Positions 28,081 to 40,585 of a stretch of 64,000 nt of DNA are shown piece by piece. Source of the DNA: Camelus dromedarius (taxonomy: Eukaryota); contig NC_087437.1 of the NCBI RefSeq assembly GCF_036321535.1, positions 2,666,001 to 2,730,000 on the forward strand. Reading direction: 5' to 3'. Every line of letters begins with the position of its first letter. Positions within the stretch are counted from its first letter, which is position 1. The translations under genes and the position numbers were made by a program. The notes beneath the pieces are model-generated. The model did no database searches, had not been told where the DNA came from, and worked only from the letters and a program-made list of their open reading frames with translations.

Positions 28081-29265
28081 GTAATGAGACCTCTCGTTTT
28101 TATGCCTTGTGGAGCCCAGTCCCCACTCTGAACCTAAAATCTGTGGTACTAACCGTGATGGACCAGTTTTTTCAAGTGCACATTTTAAATACACTCCCCT
28201 GGAGTGGCAGAGTCATTGATCTGGCGGGTGGGAAGGTGGGTTATCAAGTGGGAAACTGAGAGCAGTGGAGGCATTTCTGCTTTCCCATCCAGGAGACTGA
28301 ACCACAGAGAGATAAGAGCAGGATGATAGGACAGAAGAGAACCTGAGCTTTGGGGTCTGGCAGCCAGGGTTCAACTCTCAGCCTAATCACTGAGGGAGTG
28401 TGAACTAGGGTGAAGTTCCCATGGTTTCATCATCACACAGTGACACCACCCAGCTCCTCTGGTCACTGCTGGCTCATCTCGGTGGCTTGGGCAGTATGAG
28501 CACCCACACTCCACACACACTGGCCTTCCTCTGCCAGCTGTGGTCCCTCAGTAGGATACTCAGTTCCTGTGTCACCCCCACTGCAGGGTGAGGGGGCTAG
28601 TAAAAGTGTCCAGAACATCCTAACAGAGCCACAACAGGCCTGATAAGTTCACAGCTCTGCCCCAAGCTCACCCAGACAGCAAACGGGAGACAAGGCAATG
28701 CACTTAAACAAACACATTTTCTCTCCAGCTGCTTCCTTCCTTAACAACAACAACAAAAACACAGAAATCTCTACCTCTCAAGTTCACACATTTCTTCATT
28801 TAAGAAGTGAATTTCACAAGTTTTGTCAATTGGATGCCTTACTAATTTTCATAAGATGTTATGTGCCAATTTATCTCAATAAAACTGGAAAAAATAAAAT
28901 AAAAACAAATAAATGAAATTTAGTAAGGGAATATACATCTTCACCCCAAGTATCCTTCATGAGTGACTTGCATCCTAGTTTTGAAGATGTAACCAACATT
29001 ACAAAAATGTTAGCTACTGAACTACGCCACAAATTATAACTATAGCTCACTGATGAAACGAATTTTAAAATCTGTACCCAAAGTACTCTTGAAAGTATCA
29101 CTTATTTCTTAGAGAAAACTGATCTGTATACACATTTTCTAAATCAACTCTGAATTTTTCTCAGAATTCTCTTCAAATTTTTAGATCAAAGAATTAGATA
29201 GGAAATGTGATTTGTAACAATGCCATATGTAAAATAGCACCCTGTTTTGCCCTTTTGTGTTGCAG

Positions 29266-29395
29266 ATTGCTTTTGTACAATTTTTCCTGGAAAACTGCCT
29301 CCAGCTATTGGGAGAAAATATCACTTCCCTTCTGGGATAGAGCTCAGTAAGTTCTGATAAAGGTGATGTCACTAAAAACACTGAAAAGTCTACAG
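29266..29395 (+). pseudogene. ARHGAP20-like exon (end of RhoGAP) with a stop; 3' boundary uncertain
   Basis: ttgcag|IAFVQFFLENCLQLLGENITSLLG*SSV, cf. VSLLIQFLIENCLRIFGEEITSLFREVSV; TAG at 29338-29340. Confidence 0.82.
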
Positions 29396-30199
29396 GCCAT
29401 GTGAATAATTTAACTGCCTTTGGTGACAAAGACAGCAAGGCTGCCAGGGGTCATGGGAGATCCTTAGTCAGTGCAGTTCTGGAGCCCAAATCACATCCCA
29501 AGAGCAATGATGCTCCAGGTCAGGGGAGGGTTCACAGTACTGAGAGACCAAAGAAAGGATAAGACAGGTCTGACTTCAAGAAGTTGCTAGTATAGCATTA
29601 GGAGATATTATGGTATAATATAGTGTTTGGGAAATGTTTTTAAAAAAATACAGTGTTTGGGAATTCTTTTAAACAAAACTTTAAATGGGACTCATATATA
29701 TCAGATGTGCTCTGGTTGAAACTAGACTGAGGGGCCCAGAGCACTGCCTGGTTTATCCCCCCCCCCTTTTTTTTCCTGCTCTGTGGTCCCTGAGGCACCA
29801 CAGGTTTCCAGTGCCTTTGAAACAGGCTGAAAAGAAGCAGTGTCATTGAGGAAAAAAGGATTTGACTTGACATCAAACCACCTTTCCAGACTATGAACTC
29901 CTGGGCCACTATTCAGTAGCTGTTCTAACTTTGGCCAATTATTTTAGCTCAGTTTCAGTTTCTTCCTCTCTAAAGTGTGAATAAAAGCAATATTTAAATT
30001 TTAGGATTATTGTAAAGATTAATAATGCATGTAAACTAATTTGTAAAAAAAAAAAGTAATTATTAGGGCTACTAGAATTTCTTCTGAGACTAGAGCTAGT
30101 ATTTTTTGAGCATAAGGAATCACAGCTAACTTGCAGCAGTCCATTTTATAAGGCAGAGTTTAGATTAAGAACCTGGGGACATGTATCATGAGACTCTGT

Positions 30200-30330
30200 A
30201 TTTAGGAGGGAGCGTAATTAGGTTTATTTATTTTTATTTTATTTATTTTTAATGGCGGTACTGGGGATTGAACCCAGGACCTCATGTGTAGTAAGCACGT
30301 GCTGAACCACTGAGCTATAACAGTCTCCCA
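30200..30330 (-). mobile_element. tRNA-derived SINE (Vic-1-like)
   Basis: Reverse-complement B box GGGGATTGAACCCAGGACCTC and A box CCACTGAGCTATA, with a T-rich tail. Confidence 0.85.
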
Positions 30331-31889
30331 ACCTCTTTGCATTTTTGACACTTTGGTTTTATGACATTTATCTCACTGCCTTGAGGAAATCTTTAGGAAA
30401 ATCTACTCAATCAGGAATTTAGATGAGTCTAATACCTGAAAATGTGCTTTACTAAGATAACTGTCTTTCAATTCATCAGACCTCAAAACAACCCCTGGAA
30501 TCCAAGCCAGTGACAGTGATAAATAATTTTGAAAAAGGCACAAGGACAGAATGAGGCTGAGGCCCCATCTACCATGTGTCTACACAGATGCCTGTCCACA
30601 ATTTTTAAAGTCCCTGAAGATTAGAAATCGCCATAATTACATTTGACCCTTCCTCTCTTCTATCTTCCATTCCTCCTATAGTTAAACATTCGTTCCTATT
30701 GTATTCTGCATTTTTACATTGATTCAATAAAAACGGGCTAGATAACCACTTTAGTTGCTTATGGTCCATATTAACACCTTGGTGGAGGCTCATCGGGGCA
30801 GTCTGGGTCTCAGCTAAGGTCACTTCTGCACCTGCAGTCAACCGGCAGCTCAGCTGGGGCTGACTTACATGTCTGTTGCTTGGCGCTGGCTCTAGGTTGA
30901 TCCCATCTCTTCAACAAGCGAGCCCGGCCTTCTTCATACGCTGGAGGAAGACTTCCCAACAGCAAGAGGCTTTTCAAGAGTCCATGTAGGAGAGGACTGC
31001 ACAAAGGACAACAAAGACAATGTTTTCATGATTTACTGACGGCTATGATTGTCACCGAGCACACGTGATGCTCAAAACTCGAGACAGCATTCCTACCACA
31101 CACATACTTTTCTTCCTGAGTTGCTATCCCTCCTTTCTTTAGACCAGCATTTTCCATAGGCTATTAAGTCTGGTGGGGAATATCTTTGAAATAATCATTG
31201 TTTTCCCCAGGTATTTCTTGCCTCAATCTTTCTCCCTGTCTCAATCTGTCCTAAGAGACAGATCATTTCCTCAGGGAACAGAAATTACAGAAGAATATGA
31301 GGAAAAAGAGAGCTGTTTGCTGTTTATGAGTTTTAAAAATTCAGTTTCCTAGTAAACAAAAACAATTCATGGCATAAAATTTAGGTGGGAATCTCAGGGG
31401 AAAAGCCCAAAACAATGAGGTGTATGGGACATGGGCACCATTTCCTGAATAGAAAACAACAAAACATTGTAAACTGACTATAACTCAATTTAAAAAAAAA
31501 AAGGAAACAAAACAAACAAAACAAAAAACAAGAGGAATCAGGAAACCTTCACAGAACAGCGACATGACATCTCTAAGAAAGACAGGGCCTTGTAGAGTCA
31601 TACACAATTTCCTGCACCTCAACTTGGAACAGATCAGTTAAGTGATTCCATCAATCTGAGAATGGCAGGGAAGGAATAAAGCCACTAGATTTCTTTTTGG
31701 CCTTGGACCTAAAAGTCAGTATTCATTTGGTTGCCTTAGTCCTTCCAAAGAATAAAATTATACCTTTGTCACGTGAAAGAAACCACTAGAAAACAAAATT
31801 GTCAAAGGAGCATTATAATTTCCTAAAATGGAAAAAAGAAACTCCTTTGTGAGAATGGGGAGTTTTTCCACATTGTAAAGGAATAAGAT

Positions 31890-32970
31890 CAGTTGGGGGG
31901 CTGCGGGAGGCACTGGCACCTGCCTGCTCCGGGGCCCTGCGGGGCGCGGGCGAGTCCGAGCGTCTGGGCAGGGTGCGGAGGAGTGGGGGGCGCGGGGACC
32001 GGGGCGGGGGCGCGGCGGCCTGAGCGCCTCACAGGTTTCCGCGCCGTCGCTGGAGCGCCGGAGCAGCGGTGGCACAACTTTCCAGGCTGCGGGTGGGGTT
32101 GGGAGCGAGGAGAGTGCTCACCGCGCCCACAGCCCTCTCCCCGGCGCCCGCGCGGCCTCCCTCCCCCGCGGGGCCCCGCGCCCGCCCGCCCGCTCCCAGC
32201 ACTCGCTCCCAGCACTCGCTCCCTCGCTCTCTCCCCGCCTCCTCTTTAGTTCGGGGCTTCCAGGCCCCGCGCGGTGGCGGCGGCCGCATTCCCCCTCCTT
32301 CCCCGCCCCCTCCGCTGTCATCACCTGCACTCACCTCGGCTGTCCACCCGGCGCCGCCGGCTGTCGGCCTAGTTTCCCCCAGACGTCTCCATCCTATTAT
32401 TCCCTACGTCGGGGGAGGGAGCGGTTACAGGGTGGTCGCAGGGGAGGTAGGAGCCGGGGGTGGGGGTGGGGCTGGCCTTCACCGGAGCTGCGATCCTAAG
32501 CTGCCCCCGGGGGGCTGGCACAGTCCACATGCCAGTAGCACCGCAGCGGCCTCGGGTCCGCACCGCCTTCTGCTGGCCGCGGAGCCTACTGCGTCGCTGC
32601 CAGGAGGGGCCTGCCTTCCCGAAGCGTTCCCAGCTGACGCGCTCGCCGGGGGCCGCGGCGGGTAAGCGCGCACCCGCCTTCCTGTGGGGACTGCGCGCCC
32701 GCGCACTAGCGGCGCGGGAAAACGGCCGCTGCCTGTGGGCTGGGTCCCCGCCGCGGGCGCTGGCCCCGCTCAGCCCATCCCGAGCGCCGGGTGAGGGCGC
32801 GGTGGCCGGTTCCCGGGCCGCCTGAGGCGGGAGGATGGCCACGGCGGCACCTGCGCGCCCGGCTAGTGGAGTTGCCGCCGAGGTGTTTGGAGGTTTTCCA
32901 AAACCTGGGAGGGGAGGGGAACCCGCCCCGGGCCCGTTCGCCGGAGCCCCTCCCCAGGCCGTGGGCCTGG
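31890..32970. promoter_or_regulatory. CpG island or promoter-like region of an unidentified gene
   Basis: About 1.1 kb of very GC- and CpG-rich sequence with GC boxes (GGGGCGGGG, CCCCGCCCC) in AT-rich flanks; consensus donors at 32661 (+) and 32335 (-). Confidence 0.85.
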
Positions 32971-34264
32971 GAAAAAAAAAGTTGGGAAAGTAAAATAAAA
33001 CACTGACTTCGGGATAATGGTTATGTCTTTGGAAGGAAGGAAGGGAATGGGATGGATAAAGGAAAGGTGAAAAATTTCAAGCGTTTGTGTATTATTTTAT
33101 TTCTTAGATTTTTAAATGCTAGCATTTTACCACAGTGCTTCAAACTTTAAGATAAAACGTTAATAGGTAATTTTATTCCATAAATACCCACAATATACTC
33201 ATACATATGCACAGATATACATATTTTTATATATAAGCACATAAAACATTATTCAATGAATTAAAATTATATAATTTGTTATCATTCAGCAACTTTATTC
33301 TTTTCCTTAACGTATGTTTTAAAATTTCCATATATTGATACATGTAGGCCTGATTCTAATTTCTGTATTATATTCCACTATATCTATTTTGATCAAACTT
33401 TCTAGAGGCTTGCCGAGGTTACTAGCTTTAAAAGGAGTTTTATTTTCTCTATTAATATTTTTCCTAGATTATTAATTTGTGTGTTGTTTTTATGATTTTG
33501 TTGCTTCAGCATTCCCACTGTTCTTTTGATTTCTTCGTTTAGTTTCCTGGATTAAATGCTAGCTCACTTATTTGTAATGAATATATTTAAGACTATTCAT
33601 TATTTCTAAGCACTGCTTTAGTTATATCTCACACATTTTTATTTTTTATTATTTTAGTTCAAATTATAACTCAGTGATTAACATTTTATAATATTATTTG
33701 TGAATTATACTTTAACCCATTCATTCCTTAGCCTTTTTGTATTTTCAGGTGTTCCAACCTGTATGATTTTCATTACCATTTTTAATAGTTAATTTCTAAT
33801 TGCATAGTGATCAGATAATGTTTTGAATTATGGTGATTCTTTATGACTGAAAGTATACAGTAAGTTATGTAAACACTTAAAATGTAGCATGCATGCCTTA
33901 GAAGAATGTGGATTCTATGTTGGGTTCTCTTTTGGGTACAGAAATATATATATTTACAATCATGTTATGTGTGTTACTCAAATCCTCTCTGTATATTCTC
34001 CAAATAAGTACTTTCTAAGGGAGGTGCTAAATTCTGCCATTAGGATTATGAGTATTTCAATTTTATTTTATAATTCTGAGATTTTGATAATTGTTTTTTG
34101 ATGTTTTACAGTTTAAGTTTCTATTGTTAAGTATACATAAATTTATAGTTTTTATCTTTTCATAGACTGCGGCTTATATGCTTTATTCATGTTAATGCTT
34201 CTGCTTCATATTCTATTTTGATGGATACTGTGACACCAGCACTTTTTTGCTCCATATATGCCTG

Positions 34265-34747
34265 TGTGAACCCGAAAAATACTGCCAACTATATCAGTAA
34301 ACAAAGAATGTTGAAACCATCAAGTCATCAGTGGCTGCTGCCACCCCCCACAGTGCAGACAAGCCTGAAGCCTGGCCTCTGCAGCCACTCACAATGGTGC
34401 CCTCTGAGGGGACTCAGAATAAGAAGGGACTGGATACTCACGCTAGATAGCTAGGTGCTTGTCAAAGGAATGAATTCAGTGAGCCCAAGTGTTTGCTCCC
34501 TCCCATACATAGAAAAGCACTAAACTCTTGAACTTGAGATACCTGACTTTCTTTAGATAACAAGTAATCTTTTATTGTTCCAACTACCTGGTCTTTGTTG
34601 TAAAGCTCCTATATATCCTAGTTCCTCCCCTACCTCTTCGGAGCAGTCCCTCAGAGCGATCTGAGAGGCTGTCATCCCAGGTCAAGTCCTCCCCCCAAAT
34701 AAAACATAACTCTCAACTTTTAGGCTGCACATTTATTTCAGTCGACA
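34265..34747 (+). mobile_element. Solo ERV LTR with a 4-bp target-site duplication
   Basis: TG...CA termini flanked by CCTG on both sides; internal TATATA (about 34610) and AATAAA (about 34698). A 4-bp TSD is typical of the ERV1 class. Confidence 0.85.
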
Positions 34748-34774
34748 CCTGGCATATCTCTATTTCTTTTTTAC

Positions 34775-35065
34775 AAAACAGGGACAGACTCACATGGGTG
34801 AAAGGGGGTGGGGAGGGATAAATTTGGAGATGGGGATTTGTACACACTAACTTCTGTATATAAAATAGCTTTAAAAAAAGCTAGCTGAACAGAAAAAAAT
34901 AGCTGAACAACAAGGTCCTACTACATAGCATAAGGAACTGTTCAATACCTGTAGTTACCTATAATGAAAAAGAACATGAAAAGAAATAGATATGTATAAC
35001 TGAATCACTATACTGTACACCAGAAATTAGCATTGTAAATCAAATATACTTCAGTTAAAAAAAGG
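34775..35065 (+). mobile_element. Artiodactyl-type L1 3' end
   Basis: GGGAGGGATAAATTTGGAG...AACAACAAGGTCCTAC...CTGTACACCAGAAATT...A tail; related copies at 58940, 61510 and 50740 (-). Confidence 0.75.
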
Positions 35066-35898
35066 AAAGAGAGAAAAAGAATTCCATTGTCAAATGTGTG
35101 AATGTATCATTCTAGAAGTTATTGAATGCATATGTAGACATATGATTTTGTTTTAACAAATACAGGATCACATTTTGCATCCAGTTTCACAACTTGCTTC
35201 TTTACTGAGTTATTCTGAGGTCACAAAAGTGTTCATGTTTTCAAAGTCATTTCTTACCTGTGTGTTTCAGCTACTCAGAGTGTGGGCTCCTGAGTGTGCT
35301 ATGACAGGCAAAGTTACCTATGTTTCTCGTCTGGAGCCTGGTCCTCAAACTTTTCCAGCTGGCTTAAGCAAGTAACCAATCATAGCATATCATTTCATTT
35401 TTTTATATAGTAAATAAAATGATAAATCTGAGCATGTGAAAATAAACATTAATACTATCTAATGTAACTGTACTCATCATGGTGAATTAAGGTACACTAC
35501 AGTGCTAGGTTTAATCTTTGTGTATATGACATTCTATCCCTGCTTTAATAAATACATTTTAGAATAATATTAAGAAACATTAACAAGGATTAGAACCACA
35601 AATGTAATCAGCCACCTCCACAAAAGCCAGGAACACAGATGGGATTATACTGTCAGAAACACTGCCAGTTAAGGAGACTGAGACAGGATGAAATCAAAGC
35701 TGTCAAATATCTTACATTCTGCAGGATGAGACCACAGAGCTGTTTGGCTGCCAATATACACCATATTTTAAGAAAAGGGAAGAATGACTCCAAAGGCCAC
35801 TGAGAGACCATCAGGTCTGCCTCTTCAGCTTCAAGGGAGTGGGACCATGATCTCAGTTTCAACAGGCCATACTGATGCAGGAAAATAGATGTGGGGTG

Positions 35899-36501
35899 TG
35901 AGAAGAGCTGTGTCCCAGGGTTCAGTTGAGCCCCTGGGACGTGCCTCGCCAAGTGTGGGTCCTTGGCTTCACACAGGAAAGAATTCAAGAGGGAGCCACA
36001 GTTGAGTAAAGGTAGATTTATTCAGATAGATTGAAAGGCAAGAGAAAGGCCAGGAGCTGTGGGGGTTGGGTGCTCAGATTAAAAGTAGGTACACATTCCA
36101 TAGACAGAATGTGGGCCGCTTCCGAAGAGGGGGAGAGAGAGGCAGCCTCGAGGCACCTTGTTGCCAGTTTTTATGGGCTTGGTAGCTTCATATGCTAATA
36201 AATGGAAGGGCCAGTCTAGGTAGCCTGGGGAAGGGGCTGGGATTCCCAGGAAGTTGGCTATTTCCTACCCTTTGACCTTTCGTGGCTAGCCTTGGGACTG
36301 CCATGGTGCCTGTGGGCATGTTATTCACCATGTTAATATATTACAATGAGCGTATAATGAAGCTCAAGGTCTACTAGAAGTTAAATCTCTCTTCATCTTG
36401 AGCCTCAAGGTCTACTGGGTGTTGAATCTTCCACCATTTTTATGTTAATTGCTGTGGCATTCCTTGAATGGCTGTGCCATGCCCCCTTCCATCCTGTCTC
36501 A
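35899..36501 (-). mobile_element. ERV LTR inserted into older MaLR sequence
   Basis: TGAGA...TCTCA inverted ends; reverse-complement AATAAA (TTTATT) and TATA-like (TTTTATG) motifs; no TSD seen. Confidence 0.65.
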
Positions 36502-37350
36502 ATACCACCTCCAACTGAAGCCTTGGGGATAAACCCTCAACCTGGCAGAGCAAGAGGACTGCCACCTGTGTGGGTCCAGAAGGTGGGGCATGGAGCCAAA
36601 AGGGATTATTCCCAAACCTTAAAATCTAATACAATCTGCTTTACTAGGTTTTGGACTTGCTTCTTAACTGTCACCTCATCTTTTCCTTCCTATTTATTTC
36701 TTTTGGAATGGAAATGTCTATGCCTGTCCCACCACTGAATTTCAGAAGCATATGAATTTTCTAATTTCACAGGTTCGCAGCTGGAGAGGAATTTTGTTTC
36801 AGGATGAATTGTACCTTGAGTCTCAGCCATATCTCATTTAGATGATACTTAGACTCTGAACTGTAGACTTAGAGTTGAGGCTAGAATGAGTTAAGGCTTT
36901 GGGGGCTTTTGGGATAGAATGAGTGTATTTTGCACATGATAAGGACATGAATTTGGGGCAGCTAGAGTCATATTGCTTTAGACTGAATTGTGTCCCCCAC
37001 TCCAAGTTTGAATGTTGAGTCCCTAATCTACTACGTGATTATATTGGAGAAAGATCCTTTAAGAAAATGATGAAGGTTAAATGAAGTCAGAAGTGTGGTA
37101 ATCTGATATGTTAGAACCGGTGTCCCTATAAAGAAGAAGAGACATCAGAGCTCTCTCTCTCCCTGACAAGTGAGGACTAAGTGAGAAAATGGCCCTCTGC
37201 CAGGGAGGAAGAGAGCCCTCACCAGAAGCAGACTGCCAGCACCTTGATCTTGGACACCCCAGCCTCCAGAACTGAGAGAAAACAAATTTCTGTTGTTAAG
37301 CCACCCACACTACGTTATTTCACTATGGCAGCTCAAGCTGACAAAGACAG
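36502..37350 (+). mobile_element. MaLR internal remnant and MLT1-type LTR (LTR about 36975-37350)
   Basis: GACTGAATTGTGTCCCCC...GCCAGCACCTTGATCTTGGAC...CCAGCCTCCAGAACTGAGAGAAAACAAATTTCTGTTGTTAAGCCACCC, a classic MLT1/MST LTR pattern. Confidence 0.8.
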
Positions 37351-37879
37351 GATTTTAAACAGACTTAAAGTCATTTTAAGACTGCTGATTTTTTTTTTTT
37401 TTTTTCATTTTTATCTGAAACAAACTCATCTCTTGACTGGTCATTTTTTCACTTGACTGAAAAATGAAAAAAACTCATCATTTTTTCACTGTCTTCATAT
37501 CTCTCATATATTTTGTTTTAGTTTGATGGCTCATCTTGAAAAGATTTTTTCAAAGTTCTTTCTCTGCCCTTGCCATTCTCATTTAATGCTTTTCCCCTTA
37601 CCCCATCTAATCCCCAGGAGCTACTCACTTAGAGAAAGAGGTTTATATCACTCACCCAGAGCTTGATCGGCATGGGTATCGGGAATCTCAGAGTCAGTCC
37701 CAAGGCTTCAAGGCTAAGTCTGCTCCCCGCCTTATAAACAGTTCCCTCCCTGGGCAGATTTTTGATGTTTGGGGCCTCCTTTCATGTTTATTTATAACAT
37801 CTTAAGATTTTCTTGTCCTTAGTTAGCAGACCAGAGCTATACACTAGGTAGTCACAGCTCCTTACTGCACACCTGCAGC

Positions 37880-38295
37880 ATCATATGATTGTATTCACCA
37901 TCTTATTTTTTGTATCCTGACCCTCTGACATCTGAGAACTTGCTAGCTTGAAAGAACTGCCCCTGCCAGTGTCAGCCAATTCTTAGAGATAATAAAGAAC
38001 TCCCCCTTATGTGTGTCTTTCAAATGTAAACCAAGTGATCCAGAGCCCATACCTCCAATCACCTCCTTTTTGGGCTCTTACATGCCACACCTTATTCCCT
38101 TGTCCCAATCACCCCAAAGGCTGGGTACGAGGCAATGAAGCCCTGTGCCCCCGATGCTGCTGAAATTGTTCAAACTAGCCCATCCTAAACCTGCTGACAC
38201 TGCCTCAGCTGTGCTGCCCATGGGCAGTAAAGGTTCTTGCTCATGATCTCCCCGCTCCCTCTGCCTCCTGACCTACCTTGGTGCTTCCCCACGTG
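37880..38295. mobile_element. Probable ERV1-class LTR remnant
   Basis: CAGCCAATTCTTAGAGATAATAAA...TTCAAACTAGCCCATCCTAAACCTGC motifs resemble MER-type LTRs. Confidence 0.45.
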
Positions 38296-39146
38296 AGGGA
38301 AGCCAGTCAGACGGATAGTGATTTACAAAAAGGCACAACTGCAGAAGGATGCCAAGGTCCTATCTAGCATGGGTCCCCCCAGGTGCCTGCCTATAATTTT
38401 CAAAGTCACTGAAGATTCGAATGTCCATAATCACACTTGACCCTTCCTCTATCTTTATTTCCTATACTATCCCACTGGGAATTGCAAAAGTCCTTCGAAT
38501 CCGAAAAGGAGATAGAACGATAAAGAAAAGCTGAACTTCAACTAATTTTTCAAATGTGACTCCTACAGCATATTCTTGCCATGGGAAAATAGTTCATCAA
38601 TGTTTTGTTTTACCCTCAGGACACTCAAGCATAATACCTCATTGAGAAAGTTAATTTACTAATTTTTAGGAAAGATCCTAGGAACTGATAAACTGTGAAA
38701 GGACCAAATTATCTGATCTAGAATGAATACAAGGCAATTAGCCTTTTTGATATTGGTCTATATCATTGCTGGTAAGATTTCTGTAATCATCAATCAGTCC
38801 ACACTTAGTGACATAATTAAGGTTAAACATTTTCAACATTTTATTCCAAAAAGAAAGCTATTCATAGGCTATCTTTATTTAAGAATACTAATTTTCTCCA
38901 TGGTCATTAATTACTGTGATATACTGAATGGAATATATATATGTTCCATTCTCTCTCTATATATATTTATCTCTTTACATTCGATTTTTTATTCCATAAA
39001 AGCAGCATGTAAGAATTTGGGGGATAGAGTATATACTTGTACAAAAAGCCATCTTTTTCCAGAATACATTAGGTGACGTCTTTCCTATTTCTCTGTGATT
39101 TCCTTCCATGCTAGCCAAGTGAGCCACTAAGTACTCTAAGTCGAAA

Positions 39147-39638
39147 TGTTACGGAAATGACAGGCCAGCCAAGAAACAAGCACCACTCGGAGGGTTGGAG
39201 TACTCAGATGTATTACGCCGGCGGGGTCAGAGGGGCTTCTGCTCCGAAGCTCTGAGCACCTCCAAGACGTGCGCATCAGGTTTTATGGGGTTAATTACAA
39301 GCCTGGGGTATTCGGCCAATAGGTATGGAACAGCTTTAGCAGCATCATTATCACAAAAGCAGAGGCAGGGAGGCAGCAAACCGACATTCTAAGGCCAGAT
39401 ATGTCTCTGAAAATCCAACTGGCTAGCAAAGAAAATGTGAGCAGGGAATCAGCAAACTGACGCTTATTAACTTAGATTTAGGAGTTAGCCCAGCAGAGCT
39501 CAGATCAGTAATCCGACACTTGTTACACTTAGATTTACGAGTTAGCCCAACCAGGCTTTTCCTTCACATAAAGACATTCTCAGACAGTGGGGCTCAGGTG
39601 GCAGCTGTTGCTTCCTCATTTTGGTCCCACTCCCCGCA
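39147..39638 (-). mobile_element. Relatively young, CpG-retaining LTR-like element
   Basis: TG...CA ends; minus-strand CATAAAA and AATACA; internal direct repeat ACTTAGATTTA(G/C)GAGTTAGCCCA at about 39470 and 39527; no TSD recognised. Confidence 0.6.
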
Positions 39639-40337
39639 GATGCTTAAGGCAAGATGGAATATTAGTGGGTTAAGTTACCAGTACTCTGTGGTGGTATCAC
39701 CATTTTAACTCAGTGTCACCTGGGAGTCACTGGAAATACCAAATATGGGTCCCCATGCAGACTGAATCTGGGCCGGGCCCAGCTCAGGGCTCCCACAGGC
39801 CCTGCAGAGGTTCCAATCAGCTCAAGTTTAAGGAACACTGCATGAAGGCTGATAAGGAGTTCTCACATCAAAAGGGACTTCAGAGTCCAATTGTTGTGGT
39901 CACTCTTAGGTCTCCTACCTTTTGACTCCGTGCTCCAGTCAAGACATGAAATGTCTCTGGTCTCGGATGCCATAGGGACTAATTTGGGGTGATGATCTCC
40001 AATCCTTTATGATGTTGTGGTGATGTCCGTAAACCACCTGGCACACAGTGAGAGCACCCCACTGGTTCATTGTTTGGGGGTCCCTGACTTCTAGAACATG
40101 CACACAGAGGAACCGGCCAGGTGGAGACCCTCAAGGCTGGAGGCCAAGCTCCCCACCCCCACACTGAGCCACCCTGCGCCTGTGCAACCACGAGGTCATC
40201 AGATGAAGACCACACACAGGTGAGCTCCTACACACCTGCCTGGGCCTGTGGTGCGGACTCCACAGGTACTTCAGGGCTCCGGGGCTTGCTGAGAGCTGCA
40301 GCTATCCAAGGCGTCCAGTCCCCAGCAGGGAAGCAGG

Positions 40338-40355
40338 ATGGAGCCCCAGGCGCAG
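40338..40355 (+). CDS. CCDC201: CCDC201 coding exon 1 (MEPQAQ)
   Basis: AGGATGG Kozak context; ATG GAG CCC CAG GCG CAG|gtaggc; phase 0; resembles the recalled human N-terminus MEPGVQ. Confidence 0.78.
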
Positions 40356-40585
40356 GTAGGCCAGGGCAGGACGGGGGTGCCCAGGGGTGGTTCTGGGCAG
40401 GCAGGGAGGGTCGAGGTGGGGCAGTGGAGAGAGAAGCATCGGGGTGTATGTGGGGTGCAGGTAGGCTAGGGCAGGTCGGGGGTGCCCAGGGGTGGTTCTG
40501 GGCAGGCAGGGAGGGTCGAGGTGGGGCAGTGGAGAGGGAAGCATCGGGGTGTGTGTGTAGCACAGGAAGGCCAGGGCAGGATGGG
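40352..40585. repeat. 105-bp G-rich tandem repeat, about 2.2 copies
   Basis: GCAGGTAGGC(C/T)AGGGCAGG... units start at 40352 and 40457, with a degenerate partial copy at 40562. Confidence 0.9.

Larger units (their letters stand above)
16603..29395 (+). pseudogene. ARHGAP20-like unprocessed pseudogene (PH, RA and RhoGAP exons)
   Basis: Eight colinear exons with ARHGAP20-like peptides and phase-compatible boundaries; two frameshifts, two stops and one destroyed acceptor. Quite divergent from ARHGAP20 itself, so likely a paralogue. Confidence 0.88.

Noticed and set aside
31758..33006. Many overlapping Pro/Arg/Gly-rich ORFs
   Set aside because: Expected from stop-codon scarcity in a CpG island; no recognisable protein.
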